DNA of 64,000 bases from contig MU057744.1 in NCBI GenBank assembly GCA_013265495.1, forward strand, positions 1,564,356 to 1,628,355. Reading direction: 5' to 3'. The notes under the pieces are model-generated. The model was not told where the DNA came from and searched no databases. It worked only from the letters and a program-made list of their open reading frames with translations. The position numbers and the translations under genes were made by a program. Source of the DNA: Vicugna vicugna (lineage: Eukaryota). This document shows, one piece after another, positions 25,991 through 40,266 of this stretch (positions within the stretch are counted from its first letter, which is position 1; every line of letters begins with the position of its first letter).

Positions 25991-28900
25991 AATGATGCTA
26001 CCAATACTCATGATTCATTAAAATTTGTCATGGACGTAATAGATAGGATTGGTGATTTCCTCCAATATTGCTCTATTTCTTGGCGCACATAACCATGAAA
26101 TCACTTAATGGGATTGTACAATAGTTGCTTCAATTGGAAATTAAATAGGGTCTTGCCTTGGCAATTCTAAGGAGCAACTCCATTCGTCAGCATGGCAGTG
26201 CACATTCACGAGTAATCATAAAGTGGATTATGACAAATGATCAATTATTGCGTGTGTTGTACTTGCTGGGCACAGTGTTAGACACTGCGCACCCTCATCA
26301 TTACTTAAATGAATGCATAGTGACAACTGAGGAAACTGAAGGAAGTAAAAATAGTGCTCTAGGAGCACAGAACAGAGAAACTGCCACAGCCTGGGGGTCG
26401 GGAAGGCTCCCCTCTGGAAAGGATGCTTGAATTGAGATTTGAAAGATGATAATGTCTCAGCTAGAGGTTGGAGAATTGGTTCAATGCCATGTGCAAAAGT
26501 CCTGTAGAAGCAAAGGAATGGAGGAAGGTTGGTTGGAGGAAATGTTGGGCTGGCAAAGACCTTGCAATGCAGGGTTCTGTAGGCTAGAGGATTTTTGGGG
26601 GCGTATTCCTTAGAGCAATGAGAAGCCAGTAGAAGGTTGTAAACCAGGAAACGGTAGAGTCAGGCTGATGGTGTGACCTCAACGTGAAGCACTGTTGGAA
26701 AGGGGTTTGCAGTGGAAAACTACTCATTGGATTTTGAAGATGTCTAAATGACAGATGATGATAGCTAGGGTAATGGAAAATGGACGGATTTGAAAGGTAC
26801 TGATGGAGTAGATGTCATAGGATTTGGTGACTCTAGGCTGGACATCACTCTTACTTAAGTATCGCCATTTATCTAATTGTTCATGAAGTTTCTTCTGAAA
26901 TATTTCCTTTTATGATTTATTATTTTGTTATAAAGAAAGGTGAGTAATTTTATTTCCTCAAGTGTGTTTTTATATAATAGGGATTGGTGTGGGTTCAGGG
27001 TTTTCCAGAAACAGCAAGATGTTAGTATCTTTATCATCATGCTGATCATTCATGGTTAACTAATTAACAGGCTTTGAAATTAAAAAAATGAAAGAACAGA
27101 ACATAAGCACATTCCATCTTTGTAGCATTTTGATTATGGAATGTTACTTCTTGTGAGTTGCATCAAAATTTGTTGCCCTAGGTACTAGATAGAAGACATA
27201 GGAGCTCAAAAAAAAACAAAGTATATCAAAAGCTGGTGCATATTGAAGGGTGACTTTCTGTCTTTGGGCTAAGGTGCACTGATGGTGTATGCAACCAAAA
27301 CACAAAGGCAAGGAATGAGAGTTAGGAGCCTGGACCTCAGGGCCTGGGAGGCAAAGACTAATTCAGAGGAAGCTGTATGACCCCCAAAGTTGTACTCTAA
27401 TGTGTCCTTATTGTTCTGTTACCCGAGCACTGCTCACTCACTCTCTGGGTCCCAGCAGTATCAGGCAGTGTTTAGTCTTTCTTTTTGGAACAGAAGATAG
27501 ATTTCATGGTGTGTGTGTGTGTGTATTCAGATATCCTTATGCACACGTGTATATGTTGACAATAACCAGAGTTACTGCACATGGGTTATAATAAATAAAA
27601 AATAAAGCTACTTATCAAAACCTTTTCAATGTGTAGTCAGTAGGCTCTGAAGCCACAGTGCTTCTGGTGAAAAATTGTGCTTTGAGATGAATGATGGGTT
27701 AATTAAAGGGAACTGGCAGGTGGTTGTGAATTGATGTTTAGTCCATGAATGCTCAGCATAGTTTACTTTGTCAGAAAGGAACCCTTGGCTTACTGGAATG
27801 TTAAAATAGAAACAGCTCCCAGATAAACTGGAAAAAGCCATAAAGTATGTCAGGCTAGGTGCTCTCCGTCAAAGTTGGATCATGACTGAAAGTTGTCGTC
27901 ATGGCCTCTCTTGTGGGTGGTGTGGCCAGGCTGCCTGGACTTCCTGTTGCTCCGTGGCCAGGCCGAGCCCTCCACCACCCAGTGCTGAGGCACCAGGTTG
28001 GAGGGAACCTGCACAAATGAGGTGGTTTTCTTAATTTAATAGAGCAGTTCAGTACATTATTTGTTTGTTCCTTTCCCTTAGACAGCTGGCTTGTACCACA
28101 TGCTAATGAGCACCTCTGCGTGTGCTCTCATTTCTGGCTCTGTCCAAAGTACACAGACTTCTTTTAATATTCAGCTGTTATCGATGGCCTCCAAACTCTT
28201 TTAAAGACTTCTCACCTCTTTTCTGGGATCCCCATCCTTTCCGGGACCTGCTGTGGATGCCCCCTCACATGTGAGCACTTGTTAGAGATGCAGAATCAGC
28301 CCAAGACCGTGCATCTCAGCAAGACCCACAGGGGATAGGATGCACGTCAAAGACTGGGAAATACTCCTCTAGGTAACAGATGTGGTAAAGACCAGTTGAG
28401 CCTCTGCAGGCTGTGTCGGCTGAGGACTTTGACAGTCAGATAAATTAGGTGTAATGATCAGTTCCTGGAAATAAGTATAATCAGCCCTGTGAGTCACAAG
28501 TTCCTTAGAGCCTCATTTTCCTCATCTATATCCGTGTGGATAATCTATTACTGGAATATTGTGAGGATTAGGCACATGAATTCCAGGGCAAGCGTACACT
28601 GTATTTTTGGTGAATATGGTGCCCCTTCTCTTCTTTTGGGTCTTCCTGGGTAGCACCATTACCCTCACCTGCCCTACACCTGCTGAGCTCTCTTATTCTC
28701 ATTCCTAAAATGTCTTTAATTAGTACCTTAAAGTCGTCATTGACTGATATTTAGATAGCCTCCAGCATCCAAAGGAGCCTGTCTTACCCAAGTGTGCAGT
28801 GCACATGCTAGAGTGAGTTCCATAGGGTAGGTGAGACCAGATGCTGAGAGACTGGGAATCTGGTAGGGCGCCGAGCACATCAGCACAGTTCAGTTCTTTG

Positions 28901-30361
28901 GTTATTTCACCACCTCTTTGGAAAACACGATATAGCTTTGACCTTGCAGATTATATAAACAACAAAGGAACTTCAGTATTTATTATAGCCATGCTGAATA
29001 TGTACTCATTATGTGAAAATAATGGTTTTCTTTTTTTAGCAATTGACTTTCAAAACGTAGCAATTGAATGCTCACTGGAAATTAATGAGCACCTGGGGGG
29101 ATAGTTGGGAGGTAATTATTAAGACACTGGACTTGGCCGTGAGTGGTGCTGCAAGCTAGCTACTGGGTATTGCTGCTGCCATGTAGGAAATAAAGCAAAC
29201 GCATAGCATGATCAGCATTTTCAGTGTAAGTTAGAGCTGCCCCTTTCCGGGTGATACAGCATAGTCTCCAGGTTAACCCAGGAGGCTTGTTTCCTGCTTT
29301 TGAATGTTTGTCACCTCTCATCACCTCCACTCATCAATGCTCCCAGGGGGAGGGTCTTCTAGGATATGCTCATACTCCCTTTTCACTCTGGTTTGAATCA
29401 AAAGGGTCAATGAGGTTTTTTTTTTTTTTACTATTCTGTTAAGTGTCCTGTGTCTTTGAGGTTGAAATGTCAAACTATAAAGGGTTAGACTTTTCATTAG
29501 GCATTTGCCAACAAAAATCAGTGACGGCGAGTTGCTTTGTTGAAAGGTGATCGTGCCATCTCCACTTATTGTTGATTCAGTGCCTGTGCACGTCAGCCGC
29601 GGTGGAAGTCACCTGCCTGCACTTCCCTGGTCACGTGGTCCGCGGCAGAGCCGGTGGGAGCCCAGCCATCGCTGATTCTCCAGTCCATGTGTCCTGTGCT
29701 CCTGCTGCCGGTCCTGGTTATCCTCTGTGACCTCTTCCCCTTGTAGTTTCCCTGTAATCCTGCTTAATTAATCGATTGGATTTCCGAGGAATGAACTAGC
29801 CAATCACCTCTCTGTCCACTTTTAAGCAATCCAGGATCGGTTCAAACATGAGCAAGCAGCCAGTGCGTGGTGGAACTAAGACGACGTGTTGATTCAAACC
29901 CAGTTCTGTCATTGACCTGTTTCCCTCTGTGCGCACTGGAACGGCGTGCGTGGGCCGCCAGTAGTTGGTTCCATTCTTGATGATCCTTGGTGTCCTAGGA
30001 ATATGTCAGACCACTTCTTGGTAATTTTAATGATTAAAACTGTGTGAGAGCGCTAACGTGGAAGTCCTGCATTTTGCCGTTTTCCGTGCAGGTTGCCTCC
30101 TGGGATCAGTAATGACGGTGGGAAAAACTGCCGACTTCTTCCTTGGCGGTCACTTCTCCCTCCTCCCCCTGCCTAGTTATCTTTTTTTGCAAACAGAAGT
30201 GCTCTCAGAATTGATTCTCTGGCGTTCTTGGAACTGTTGTCTGATACTGGTTTTTCTCTGATTTTCAAAGATGCTCTAAAATAATCATCTTGTAGATCTG
30301 ATTTAGACTGTCCAAGTCATGCCAGCCCTCACTTTTCTCTCTCCTTCGCTCCCCTTTGCAG

Positions 30362-30481
30362 GATGATGAAGTGGTCCTGCAGTGTACCGCAACCATCCAC
30401 AAAGAACAACAGAAGCTGTGTTTGGCGGCAGAAGGATTTGGCAACAGACTTTGCTTCTTGGAGTCAACTTCGAATTCCAAG
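30362..30481 (+). CDS. RYR2: Ryanodine receptor 2, internal coding exon (exon 2), 40 codons, phase 0/0
   Basis: Translates to [40 protein letters not shown], matching the RYR2 N-terminus as I recall it (the [10 protein letters not shown] and ESTSNSK residues distinguish it from RYR1/RYR3). Preceded by a polypyrimidine tract and CAG (30359-30361), followed by GTGAGA. Absent from the ORF track because it has no start codon. Confidence 0.96.
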
Positions 30482-31289
30482 GTGAGATAAGGCGTTAGCC
30501 TTTTCAGGCTGTTCCGGCGTTCAGGTTTTACTGGCGGCATGGGCGTTATTCACGGACACATTACTATTTTCGTGGAACATATAAACTAAAGGAAATAGGA
30601 ATTTATTTTCTGCTATGCATGAAGCCAGTTTTCAATTGAGCCCATTACTCTTTGCAAATAACTCAGATGCGACTGTTAACGAGAGTAGACAAAGGCTTGC
30701 CCCCATGATGTTTATATCCTAGTGGAAAAGTCAACTCGTAAATAAGTGATGTCATTTCAGAACTGATAAGGGCGACAGAGAAAAGCGGAGTGTTACTCGC
30801 AGGGTGGAGGGTGGCCAGCAAGGACGCATCCTTCCCAGGTGGGCGTTTGGAGAAGGCGTTTCTGAGGCGGTGACATTTGAGCACAATGAAGGGAGGGATG
30901 AGCAGGACCAAGTTCTCGACCATTCTGAAACGAGGAACCAGGTAATACAAGGTGTTCCCTGGGCAGTCTTCCTGTACAAATTACTGTGATAGGTATCAGC
31001 TGTGAAAAAAATTCTTCCAAAAATAAAACATCAAGAATGCTGATATTTTGTACTTTGCCTGTGGTTTCTGATAATCCGTAGAGGCTAGAACCAGGCAGGC
31101 CAGTTAGTCAGCTGGGTTTTGATTTTTTGCTTTATACCGAACACTGTGCTGGCTGTTGTTCTCCTGGCCCTTCAGTATAAGAACCGGCTTCAGCCCTAGA
31201 AATGAATTCTCCTGATTCTGCAGTAGGTATATCGTGTGGCAGTCAAGGTGCTGACGTGGGCTCCACGTCCACTTAAACTGGTTAATCCT

Positions 31290-33810
31290 GAGACGGATCA
31301 AGGTGGAGGAGCGGGAGGGTATGGAGCTGGCCTCCCCCACAAACACACCAGAAACATATGTGGACTAGTTCTCGCTGAAAACGAACTGGAGACTGTCAGA
31401 GAGACTCCTGTACCACCAGGGTTGTAAGAAATATCCATGTGGAATCAGGTAGGAAGGGAAGAGAAGTGATCGGTTAGGACCTGTACCCTGGAGGGGTCTC
31501 GGAGGAGAAGGGAGGTTACACAGGCAGAGATGTGCCCTGGGGAGTGAGCGGCCAGAGCCTGGCACTGGGAGCCCCAGCCCAGGGCCCGACGCAGGGAAAG
31601 GGTCCCCTTGGCCAGTTGGAGGGCTGCTGGGACTGACAGGAGGGCTGAGGGGAGCCTGGACTTCGCTTGTGAGGAGCGTGCACATGCTGGCTTGCTCCTG
31701 AAGCAGGGTGGAGAGGGGACTGAGGGCCGCTCTGATGGCTGCCCGGTGCCCCTCACTGCCCAGGTACACACCACAGCCCGAGCCCCCAGAGCACTCCAGC
31801 CCCTCCCACTCTCAGCAAGTCCCCGCCGGGCGAGGGGCAGCAGACTGGGTGGCTTGAAGGGGCGTCTGTGGGCGGAGGGGCAGCCATCATGGAGCTCACA
31901 CCGGTGGTGCATCAGAAGCGGCCCACCTTGAAGGCGGCCAGACTGCCACAGCCTGTGCCCTGACACAGGCCAAGAGCACACGAGGGCCGCCTTGCAGTGC
32001 AGCTCGCACTGGCACGGGGCCTGCGAGGTGAAGGACGAGGTCAGCGGTGAGGGATGGAGGCGGCTCGGACACAGAGTGCTGTCCACGCAGAGCGGGGGCA
32101 GCCGTTACTGGCGCGTCCCCAGCCGAAGCTTCAGAAGCAGCCCAGACCTCGTCACAAGCTGAGAGCCCGCATGGGCCCCTCTTGCTCCGGCACTGCTCCC
32201 TCCAGGGTGAGAGCGCCGGTGTTGGAGGAGAGGGAGCACACATTATAGGGAACAGAGCCAGCTTGGACCCGACCCTCAGGGCTTCTGCTCCAGCAACTAG
32301 AGACCTGACCCCAACCTTATAGGGTGGTGACAGCGATGAGCGGAGGGGCAGCCCCGCCTCACACCTGGTCCTGGAACTGGCCCTGCCATCTACAGCCTCA
32401 CCTCCTACCAGGGTGACAGCTGCCAGCACACCCTGTGGAAGGACATGACTTATGTGCATGTCAAATCCAGCACTCCCACCAAAGCAGCTGGGTGCATGCA
32501 GTCTGTAGAGGGATGCTTTCACATAAGGGCCCCTGCTTGAGACCACAATTAGTAACTTGTTTCACCTAACTTCGTAGAGACAGAGAAAGTTAAGGAAAAT
32601 GAGAAGATAGAAGAACTGGTCTCAGCTGAAAGAGCAAGAGAATAACCTGAGAAATGAAGTCAAAATAAACAACTTACCAGATAAAGAACTCAAAACATTA
32701 CTAATAATGCTAACTGGATCAGAGGAAAGAATAGATGAACACAGTGAGAATTTTAACATGAAACTAGAAAATTAAAAAAATGACACAGGCCAAGAGCACA
32801 CGAGGGCCGCCTTGCAGTGCAGCTCGCACTGGCACGGGGCCTGCGAGGTGAAGGACGAGGTCAGCGGTGAGGGATGGAGGCGGCTCGGACACAGAGTGCT
32901 GTCCACGCAGAGCGGGGGCAGCCGTTACTGGCGCGTCCCCAGCCGAAGCTTCAGAAGCAGCCCAGACCTCGTCACAAGCTGAGAGCCCGCATGGGCCCCT
33001 CTTGCTCCGGCACTGCTCCCTCCAGGGTGAGAGCGCCGGTGTTGGAGGAGAGGGAGCACACATTATAGGGAACAGAGCCAGCTTGGACCCGACCCTCAGG
33101 GCTTCTGCTCCAGCAACTAGAGACCTGACCCCAACCTTATAGGGTGGTGACAGCGATGAGCGGAGGGGCAGCCCCGCCTCACACCTGGTCCTGGAACTGG
33201 CCCTGCCATCTACAGCCTCACCTCCTACCAGGGTGACAGCTGCCAGCACACCCTGCAGAAGAACATGACTTCTGTGCATGTCAAATCCAGCACTCCCACC
33301 AAAGCAGCTGGGCACACGCAGTCTGTAGAGGGATGCTTTCACATAAGGGCCCCTGCTTGAGACCACAATTAGTAACTTGTTTCACTTAATTTTGTACAGA
33401 CAGAGAAAGTTAAGCAAAACAAGAAGACAGAGGAACTGGTCTCAGCTGAAAGAACAAGAGAATAACCTGAGAAATGAAGTAGAAATAAACAATTTACCAG
33501 ATGAAGAATTCAAAACATTAGTAATAAGAATGCTAACTGAATTGGGGGAAAAGAATAGCTGAACACAGTGAGAATTTTAACATGAAACTAGAAAATATAA
33601 AAAAAAAAACCAGTTAGAACAGAAGAATACAATAAATAAAGTGAAAAAACACACTAGAAGGAATTAATAGACTAGATGATACACAAGAATGCGTAAGTGA
33701 TCTGGAAGATAGAATAATGAATTATTCAATCAGAACGTTAAAAAGAAGAACAAATTTGAAAATTAGAACAGTTTAAGAAATCTCTAATACAACATCAAAC
33801 ATATATATAC
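31290..33810 (+). mobile_element. L1 5' UTR and start of ORF1 (degenerate), with an internal 820-bp tandem duplication
   Basis: Starts gatcaaggtggaggag..ctcccccacaaacac (L1 5' end). GC-rich UTR followed by an ORF1-like peptide (QRNWSQLKEQENN..EINNLPDEEFKTLVIRMLTEL). Confidence 0.85.
31961..33600 (+). repeat. Direct tandem duplication, 2 x 820 bp
   Basis: tgacacaggccaagagcaca starts at both 31961 and 32781. The ORF track shows identical translations at an 820-nt offset. Confidence 0.97.
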
Positions 33811-34440
33811 CTGGGCATATAGCTGGAGGGAACTCTAATTTGAAAAGACACATGCACCCCTGTGTTCACAGCAGCACTATATACAATAGCCAAGTCATGG
33901 AAACAACCTAAATGTCCATCCACACATGACTGGATAAAGAAGCTGTGGTATATATATACACAATGGAATACTACTCAGCCATAAAAAAGAATGAAATAAT
34001 GTCATTTGCAACAACATGGATGGACCTGGAGATTACCATATTAATTGAAGTAAGTCAGAAAGAGAAAGACAAATATCATATGATATTGCTTATATGTGGA
34101 ATCTAAAAAAAAAATACAGAAATGAACTTATTTACAAAACAGAAACAGACTCACAGACATGGAAAACAAACTTATGGTTACCAGGGGGAGAAAAGGGGTG
34201 GGAAGGGATAAATTGGGAGTTCAAGATTTGCAGATACGAACTACTATATATAAAGTAGATAAACAGTAAGTTTCTACTGCAGAGCACAGGGAACTATATT
34301 CAATACCTTGCAGTAACCTATAATGAAAAAATATGAAAAGGAATATATGTATGTATATGTGTGACTGAAACATTATGCTGTACACCAGAAATTGATACAA
34401 CATTATAAACTGACTATAATTTTTAAAAAATGCTCAAAAA
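33808..34440 (+). mobile_element. Young L1 3' end (end of ORF2 plus 3' UTR)
   Basis: gacacatgcacccc..gcagcacta..atggaatactactcagccataaaaaagaatgaaataatg, ending in an A-rich tail. Confidence 0.9.
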
Positions 34441-34878
34441 AAGAAAAAACAGCATGGTATTGGCAAAAAAACAAATATATGGATCAATGGAACAGAATAG
34501 AGAGCCTAGAAATGAACCCAACCATCTTTGGTCCATTAATCTGTGATAAATGAGACAAGAATATACAATGGAGAAAAGACAGTCTCTTTGGTAAGAGGTG
34601 CTGGGAATATGGGACAGCTGCCTATAAAAGAATGAGATTAGAACATTTCCTCACACTGTACACAAAAATAAACTCAAAGTGGATGAGAGACCTAAATGTC
34701 AGACCTGAAACGGAAATCCTAGAAGTGAACGTCAGCGGAACGCTCAGTACCGTCTATGGTAGTACAGCTGAAACTTATATAGTAATATTGTGCTTCAACT
34801 ATACTTCAATCAAAAACGTAGACAGTGCGATGTGTCAATTATAGATCTCAAAACTGAAAAACAATGGAAAAAAAAACC
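34441..34878 (+). mobile_element. L1 late-ORF2 fragment and truncated 3' end
   Basis: aacagcatggtattggc..atcaatggaacagaatagagagcc, with translated HFLTLYTKINSKWMRDLNVRPET. Confidence 0.85.
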
Positions 34879-37800
34879 TGATTAGTTCTTCGCAGGGGTT
34901 CTTGACTATCTAGCTGACTGGTGACATGGTGAACGTGAACTGTCCATTTTAACCATTTTTGTTCTGATCACGCTCCCTTATTCTTTGTTGGTTTAGTCTG
35001 AAAAAAATTGTATTTAGGGTGAGATACTGAAATGATTTATCAAGTGTAGAATAAAATAGCAGTTGAAGTCTAGCAAACCAATCTGAACTGGTTTTTCTAA
35101 GTTCCCTTATCTGTCCCTACTCAGATTACATAACGATTCCCCACTATGTCAGGTTTTTTCATATCTCTGTTTGCCTTGGTTCTCCCTGACTTTCAGATCC
35201 TTCCTTTGCTTTTCTGCCTGGTGAAATGCTGCTTGTTCTTCAAAGCCTGTCTCCAACAGTCCCTCTTCCGGGTTGTTTTTTCCACATGCCTTGTTGTTTT
35301 CCTCTCTGTTTTTCTTAAGTGATTTCTTCACACTCCTGTTATATTGCCCTCGGGCTTAATTCTGTGTAATACCCACACCAGCCCTCCCTGAGTCTGTCAG
35401 TATGTATCCTCCTGGATGCACACGCCTGCTTCTGAATTCTCTGAGGGACAGGGTACAGCTCCTTTATTTTCTTATCTCTTAGTACCAAGCGCTAGAAAGT
35501 GAATCATAAAATTTAATAGATTATTAAATTTGAAAGGGAACTATTAGTCTTAAGGCAATTTTATTTTTTATAATACAGACTTAATTTTCTATAACAACAA
35601 AGAGTCAAAACTGTAGATCTCAGTTGATGTTTAAAAGCTCTAAGCCTGGGTACAGATGTATTTCATGCAGATATATCTGAATTTGACATTCATTGGTAGA
35701 AAATGGATGATGGACTTTTTTTTTCCCCCTCAAATTGGTGTCTCCTGCATCTATTATAAAGTTGGGAGAACAGAATTGTTGTTGGCAGCGAATAGTCAGT
35801 CACTGTAAATTATATATGTGTTCCTGGAAATGATCCCAGAAGCATCTTAAGCTATAGAATCTTTTAATCAAATGCAAGACTTCATTTTTCAGAAGACTGT
35901 GTCATCCTCCTCGGGTGTTTATTCAGGCTGATCTCTGCCTGAAAGAGAGCGTTTCACAATTCCAGCATAGATTTTCTTGCAGAAAAAATAAACATTAAAT
36001 CTGATGATATGTTTAATTAGTTATTCATAATTCATAATTATGGATATTTACTGTGTACTCCTTCCATGAATAACTTATTTTTGTTTCTATATCTTATAAT
36101 TGAAAAGTTGGGCTTTGGCTGTTTGGAACTAGGCACTTCCAGAGAGACCCACCTTGTTATTATTAAAGGTTTAAGGAGAAATGAGAAGTTATTGGAGAGG
36201 CAGTTTTTAGTCTCTTTGAATCTCTGCATAAAAACAGCTACAACCATGGCAAAACCCAAAACCCACAGACAACCTAGTACCTAAAACAAACTAGGTGACA
36301 AGTTACCCCACGTCTGGTGTCAGCAGGTGTATAGGAGGAAGCAGAGGGAAGGCAGCGTGATTCCTGTTGTCTCTGAAATGGGTACCAGGCTCTCCCTAGA
36401 AAGCGTGGGGGGCTCACGTGAAAGCAGCTGCCACAGGCAGGGGGAGCAACGGTGCGGTGATGAGGATGGACGTTTCTGGAGCCACCTTAGCCTACGGGTT
36501 TTTTAAACTTACCAAATAAGGCTCTTTTTCCAACAAAGCCTCGCTTTGAGGAGAACTGCTGGGAGCCCAGTGCAGACTGAGCTGAGCTGATGCCGCAAAG
36601 GACGGAGCAGGACCAGGTAAAAGTCGGTGAGGGAAGCAGCCTGTAGGTGCCAGTCAGAAACGCCTTGTTTTGAGCAGAGCAAGTTGCTCTAGAGCCATGA
36701 AACTGCAAAAGCTGTGCTGACACCCTCCCTTCCTGAGGGCACAGGAAAGCTCGCCTCAGTTTCCATCTGTTTATCTGGCACGTCTTTATTGCCTGTGGAC
36801 AGAATTCTGCTCCTTATTTGCCTCTCTCTCTCTTTTTATTATATACACACAAAACAGTTATATATACATATATAATTACATATAATCATATATAATTTAT
36901 ATGTAATCACATATAACTTATAATCATGTACAATTTATATATACAAGTGGAGAAATCTAATTTACATTTATTTACATAATTATGTAGTTTTCCTTTATGT
37001 GCAATTTATGTATTTGTATGCCATTTTCTGTGTCCAAGAGAGAATAAGAAGCAGAATCATAGGCATTACAGGCCCAGCAGACTCACAACTGTTCAACCAG
37101 GGATTCAGAGCAACTGTGATTAAAATGGTAAAGGTTCCAGTGCGTGAGCCTGCAAGGACAGATGGGCGATGTAAGCAGAGAGATGGAGACTCTAGGTAAG
37201 GATGAAAAAGGAATGCTGGAGATCAAAAACACTGTAACAGGAATTATGAATGCCTTTGATGGGCCTATTAGTAAGTGGGACTTGGCTGAGCAAACAATTT
37301 CTGAGCTTGAGAGTATCTCAAAAGAAACCTGCAAAACGGAAAACAAAACAAGAGAAAAATGACTGAAAGAGAAACCAAAACAGAATAGAATATCCAAGAA
37401 CTATGGGACAAATAGAGCCATGAAGAAAGGAATATAAGAAATATTTGAAAGAGTGAAGACTGAGAATTTCTGCAAATGAGTGTCAGACACTTAGCCACAG
37501 ATCCAGGAAGTTCAGAGAACACTAAGCAGAATTAATGCAAAAAAAAAAAAACAAACCCAAAAAACCCTACACCTGGACATATCACTTTCAAGGTACAGAA
37601 AATGAAAGAAAAGTCATAAGAGAAGCTTGATGGAAAAAACCTTACCTACGGAGGAGCAAAGATAAAAATTACATCCAACTTCTGAAGACACCACTGCAAG
37701 CTAAGAGAGGCTGGAGTGAAATGCTTAGTGTTGAGATAGGAAAAAAAAAAAAACAATCAACCTAGAATTCTGTACCTTGCAAAATTATCCTTCTGAAGTG

Positions 37801-39493
37801 AAGGAGAAATAAACACTTTCTCAGACAAACAAAAATTCAGGGAATTATTTTGCTAGTCGAGTTGCCTTGCAAGAAATGTTAAAATAAGTTCTTCAGCAAG
37901 AAGGAAAATAAATAGGTCAGAACTTCTAATCTTTATTAAAGAAGGAAGAGCATCAGAGAGAGATTAAGTGAAAATTAAATAATTTTGTTGAAAGTAAGAA
38001 TAGCAATACAGTATTCAGGCATATATATTTATATAAATATTCATTTAATAATTTTCTAAACAGAAAGCACAAGGCCCAGATGAATTCACTGATGAATTCT
38101 ACCAAACATTTAAGGAAGACACCAAGCCAATTCTTTATAATCTTTTTCAGGTGAGAGAAGCAGAAAGAATACTTCCTAACTCATTTATAAGACCAACATT
38201 ACCATTATATGAAAACATGATAAAAACATTGCAAGAAGAAGAAAAGGTATAATCTCTCTTTAAGCATAGATATAAAAATCCTCAAGAAAATATTAGTAAG
38301 TAGAATCTAACTATGTATGAAAAGAATTATATGCTATGACCACATAGGATTTATTCCAGATACATAGTCTGGTTCAACATTCGAAAATCAATCAATGTAT
38401 CCTTCACATCAGTAGACAAAGAATCATATAGTATATTAATAGTTGCAGAAATTGTGTTTGACAAAATCCAACAGTCATTCGTGATTTAAAAACTTAGTAA
38501 ACTAAGAATAGATGGGAACTTTCTCAACTTGATAATGATTATCTATAGTAAACCTACAACTAACATACTTAATGGTGAGAAGCTTGAAGCTTTCCTGCAA
38601 AGATCAGGAACAAGCCAAGAATGTCCCCTCTCACCACTGCTTTTCAATGTTAGCTGGGAGTCCTAGCTATGCAATGAGACAAGAAAAGGAATCAAAGGTA
38701 TACAGAGGGGAAAAGAGAAATAAAACTGTCTTTGTTCCCAGGTGACATGATCATTTACATAGAAAATCTGAAAGAATCAACCAAAAAACTCCTAAAACTA
38801 ATAAGCAATTATTGCAAGATTTTAAGATACAAATTTAATAAGTAAAAGTTAGTTGTTTCCCTCTATACCAGCAATAAAGAAGTGGAATTTGAAATTAAAA
38901 ACACAATACCATTTATATTAACATGGGAAAGTGAACTACTTAGCTATAAATGTAATAAAATATTACAAGAGCTTTATGAGAAAAACTATAAAATTTTGAT
39001 GAAAGATATCAAAGAAAAATTAAACAGAGAGATATTCCATGTCCATGGATAGGAAGACTCAATACTGTCAAAATGTCAGTTCTTCCTGACTTGATCTGTA
39101 AACTCAGTGCAGTCCTATCAAAATCCCAGCTAGTTGTTTTGTGGATATTGACAAACATATTCTAAAGTTTACTTGGAGAGGGAAAGTACCCAGAATAGCT
39201 AACACAATATTGATGGAGAAGAACAAAGTTGGAAGACTGACTATTCGACTTAAAGACTTGCTATAAATCTACAGTAATCAAGACAATGTAGTATTGATGA
39301 AAGATTAGACCAACAGACTGATGAAGCAGAGCAGACAGCCTAGATACGGACCCACAAATGATCTTTGATAAAGGAGCAAATGCAACACAATGGACACTGT
39401 TTCCAAAATACAGAAAGAACTCTTAAAATTCAAATGTAAGAAAGCAACTTGGTTAAAAAACTCACCAGAGACCTTAATAGACACCGCAGGCTA

Positions 39494-40266
39494 TAGATGT
39501 TCCCTGCTGTCTGAAAGCAGACCATCCTTGTGCAAGTTGCCTTAAAGAGAAGAAGCAATTACCTTTGGAAGCATCTTGCTAACAGATGCACAAATTAAAT
39601 TGAGATAAAGCACAGATGCTCACAGACACAGTTCAGAGCTATGGCTACTTGATGCTGGGAAGTTGAGTACAGTGTCTGGGGAAGGAGCTTGACGGGGCCC
39701 CTCTTGTTTCTCAGGGGGTGGGCTGGATCTGTAATGGCTTGTTGCAGAACAAAAGCTGAATGCTTTTTCCTCTTTTTGCTTTTTTTATAAAAGTAAAAAT
39801 CCTCTTATTTCTTTTTTTTTGTATTCATGATTGTTATTTAATATCTTTTTTTAAATTGAAGTATAGTCACTTACAATGTGTGCATTTCTGGTGTACAGCA
39901 TAATGTCCCAGTCATGCGTATATATATGTACATTTGTTTTCATATTCTTTTTCATTAAAGGTTATTATAAGATATTGAATATAGTTCCCTGTGCTGTACA
40001 GAAGAAATCTGTTTTTATCTATTTTTATATATAGTGGTTAACATTTGCAAATCTCAAACTCCCAATTTATCCCTTCACGCCCCCTTTCCCTGGTAACCAT
40101 AAGATTGTTTATTATGTCTGTGAGTCTGTTTCTATTTTGTAGACGAGTTCATTAGTGTCCTGCTTTCTCTCCTGATTTCTTTTGATTAGCAAACCAGGTA
40201 CTAATGTAGCTCTTCTCTAAAAGCAAAGTGGCATAAAGCAGACTTTTGGAAAGCAGAAGATGCCTG
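39494..40266. mobile_element. MER82-like Tigger DNA transposon nested in L1M
   Basis: TA dinucleotides at both ends, degenerate inverted termini (tagatgttccctgctgtctgaaag / cttttggaaagcagaagatgcctg) and recalled MER82-like body. Confidence 0.65.
39830..40165 (-). mobile_element. Young L1 3' end nested in the MER82-like element
   Basis: ttgaagtatagtc..ctggtgtacagcat..gatattgaatatagttccctgtgc signature. Confidence 0.9.

Noticed and set aside
31365..33366. 200-216 aa minus-strand ORFs, duplicated
   Set aside because: Antisense to a GC-rich L1 5' UTR; the duplication explains the pair. No coding evidence.
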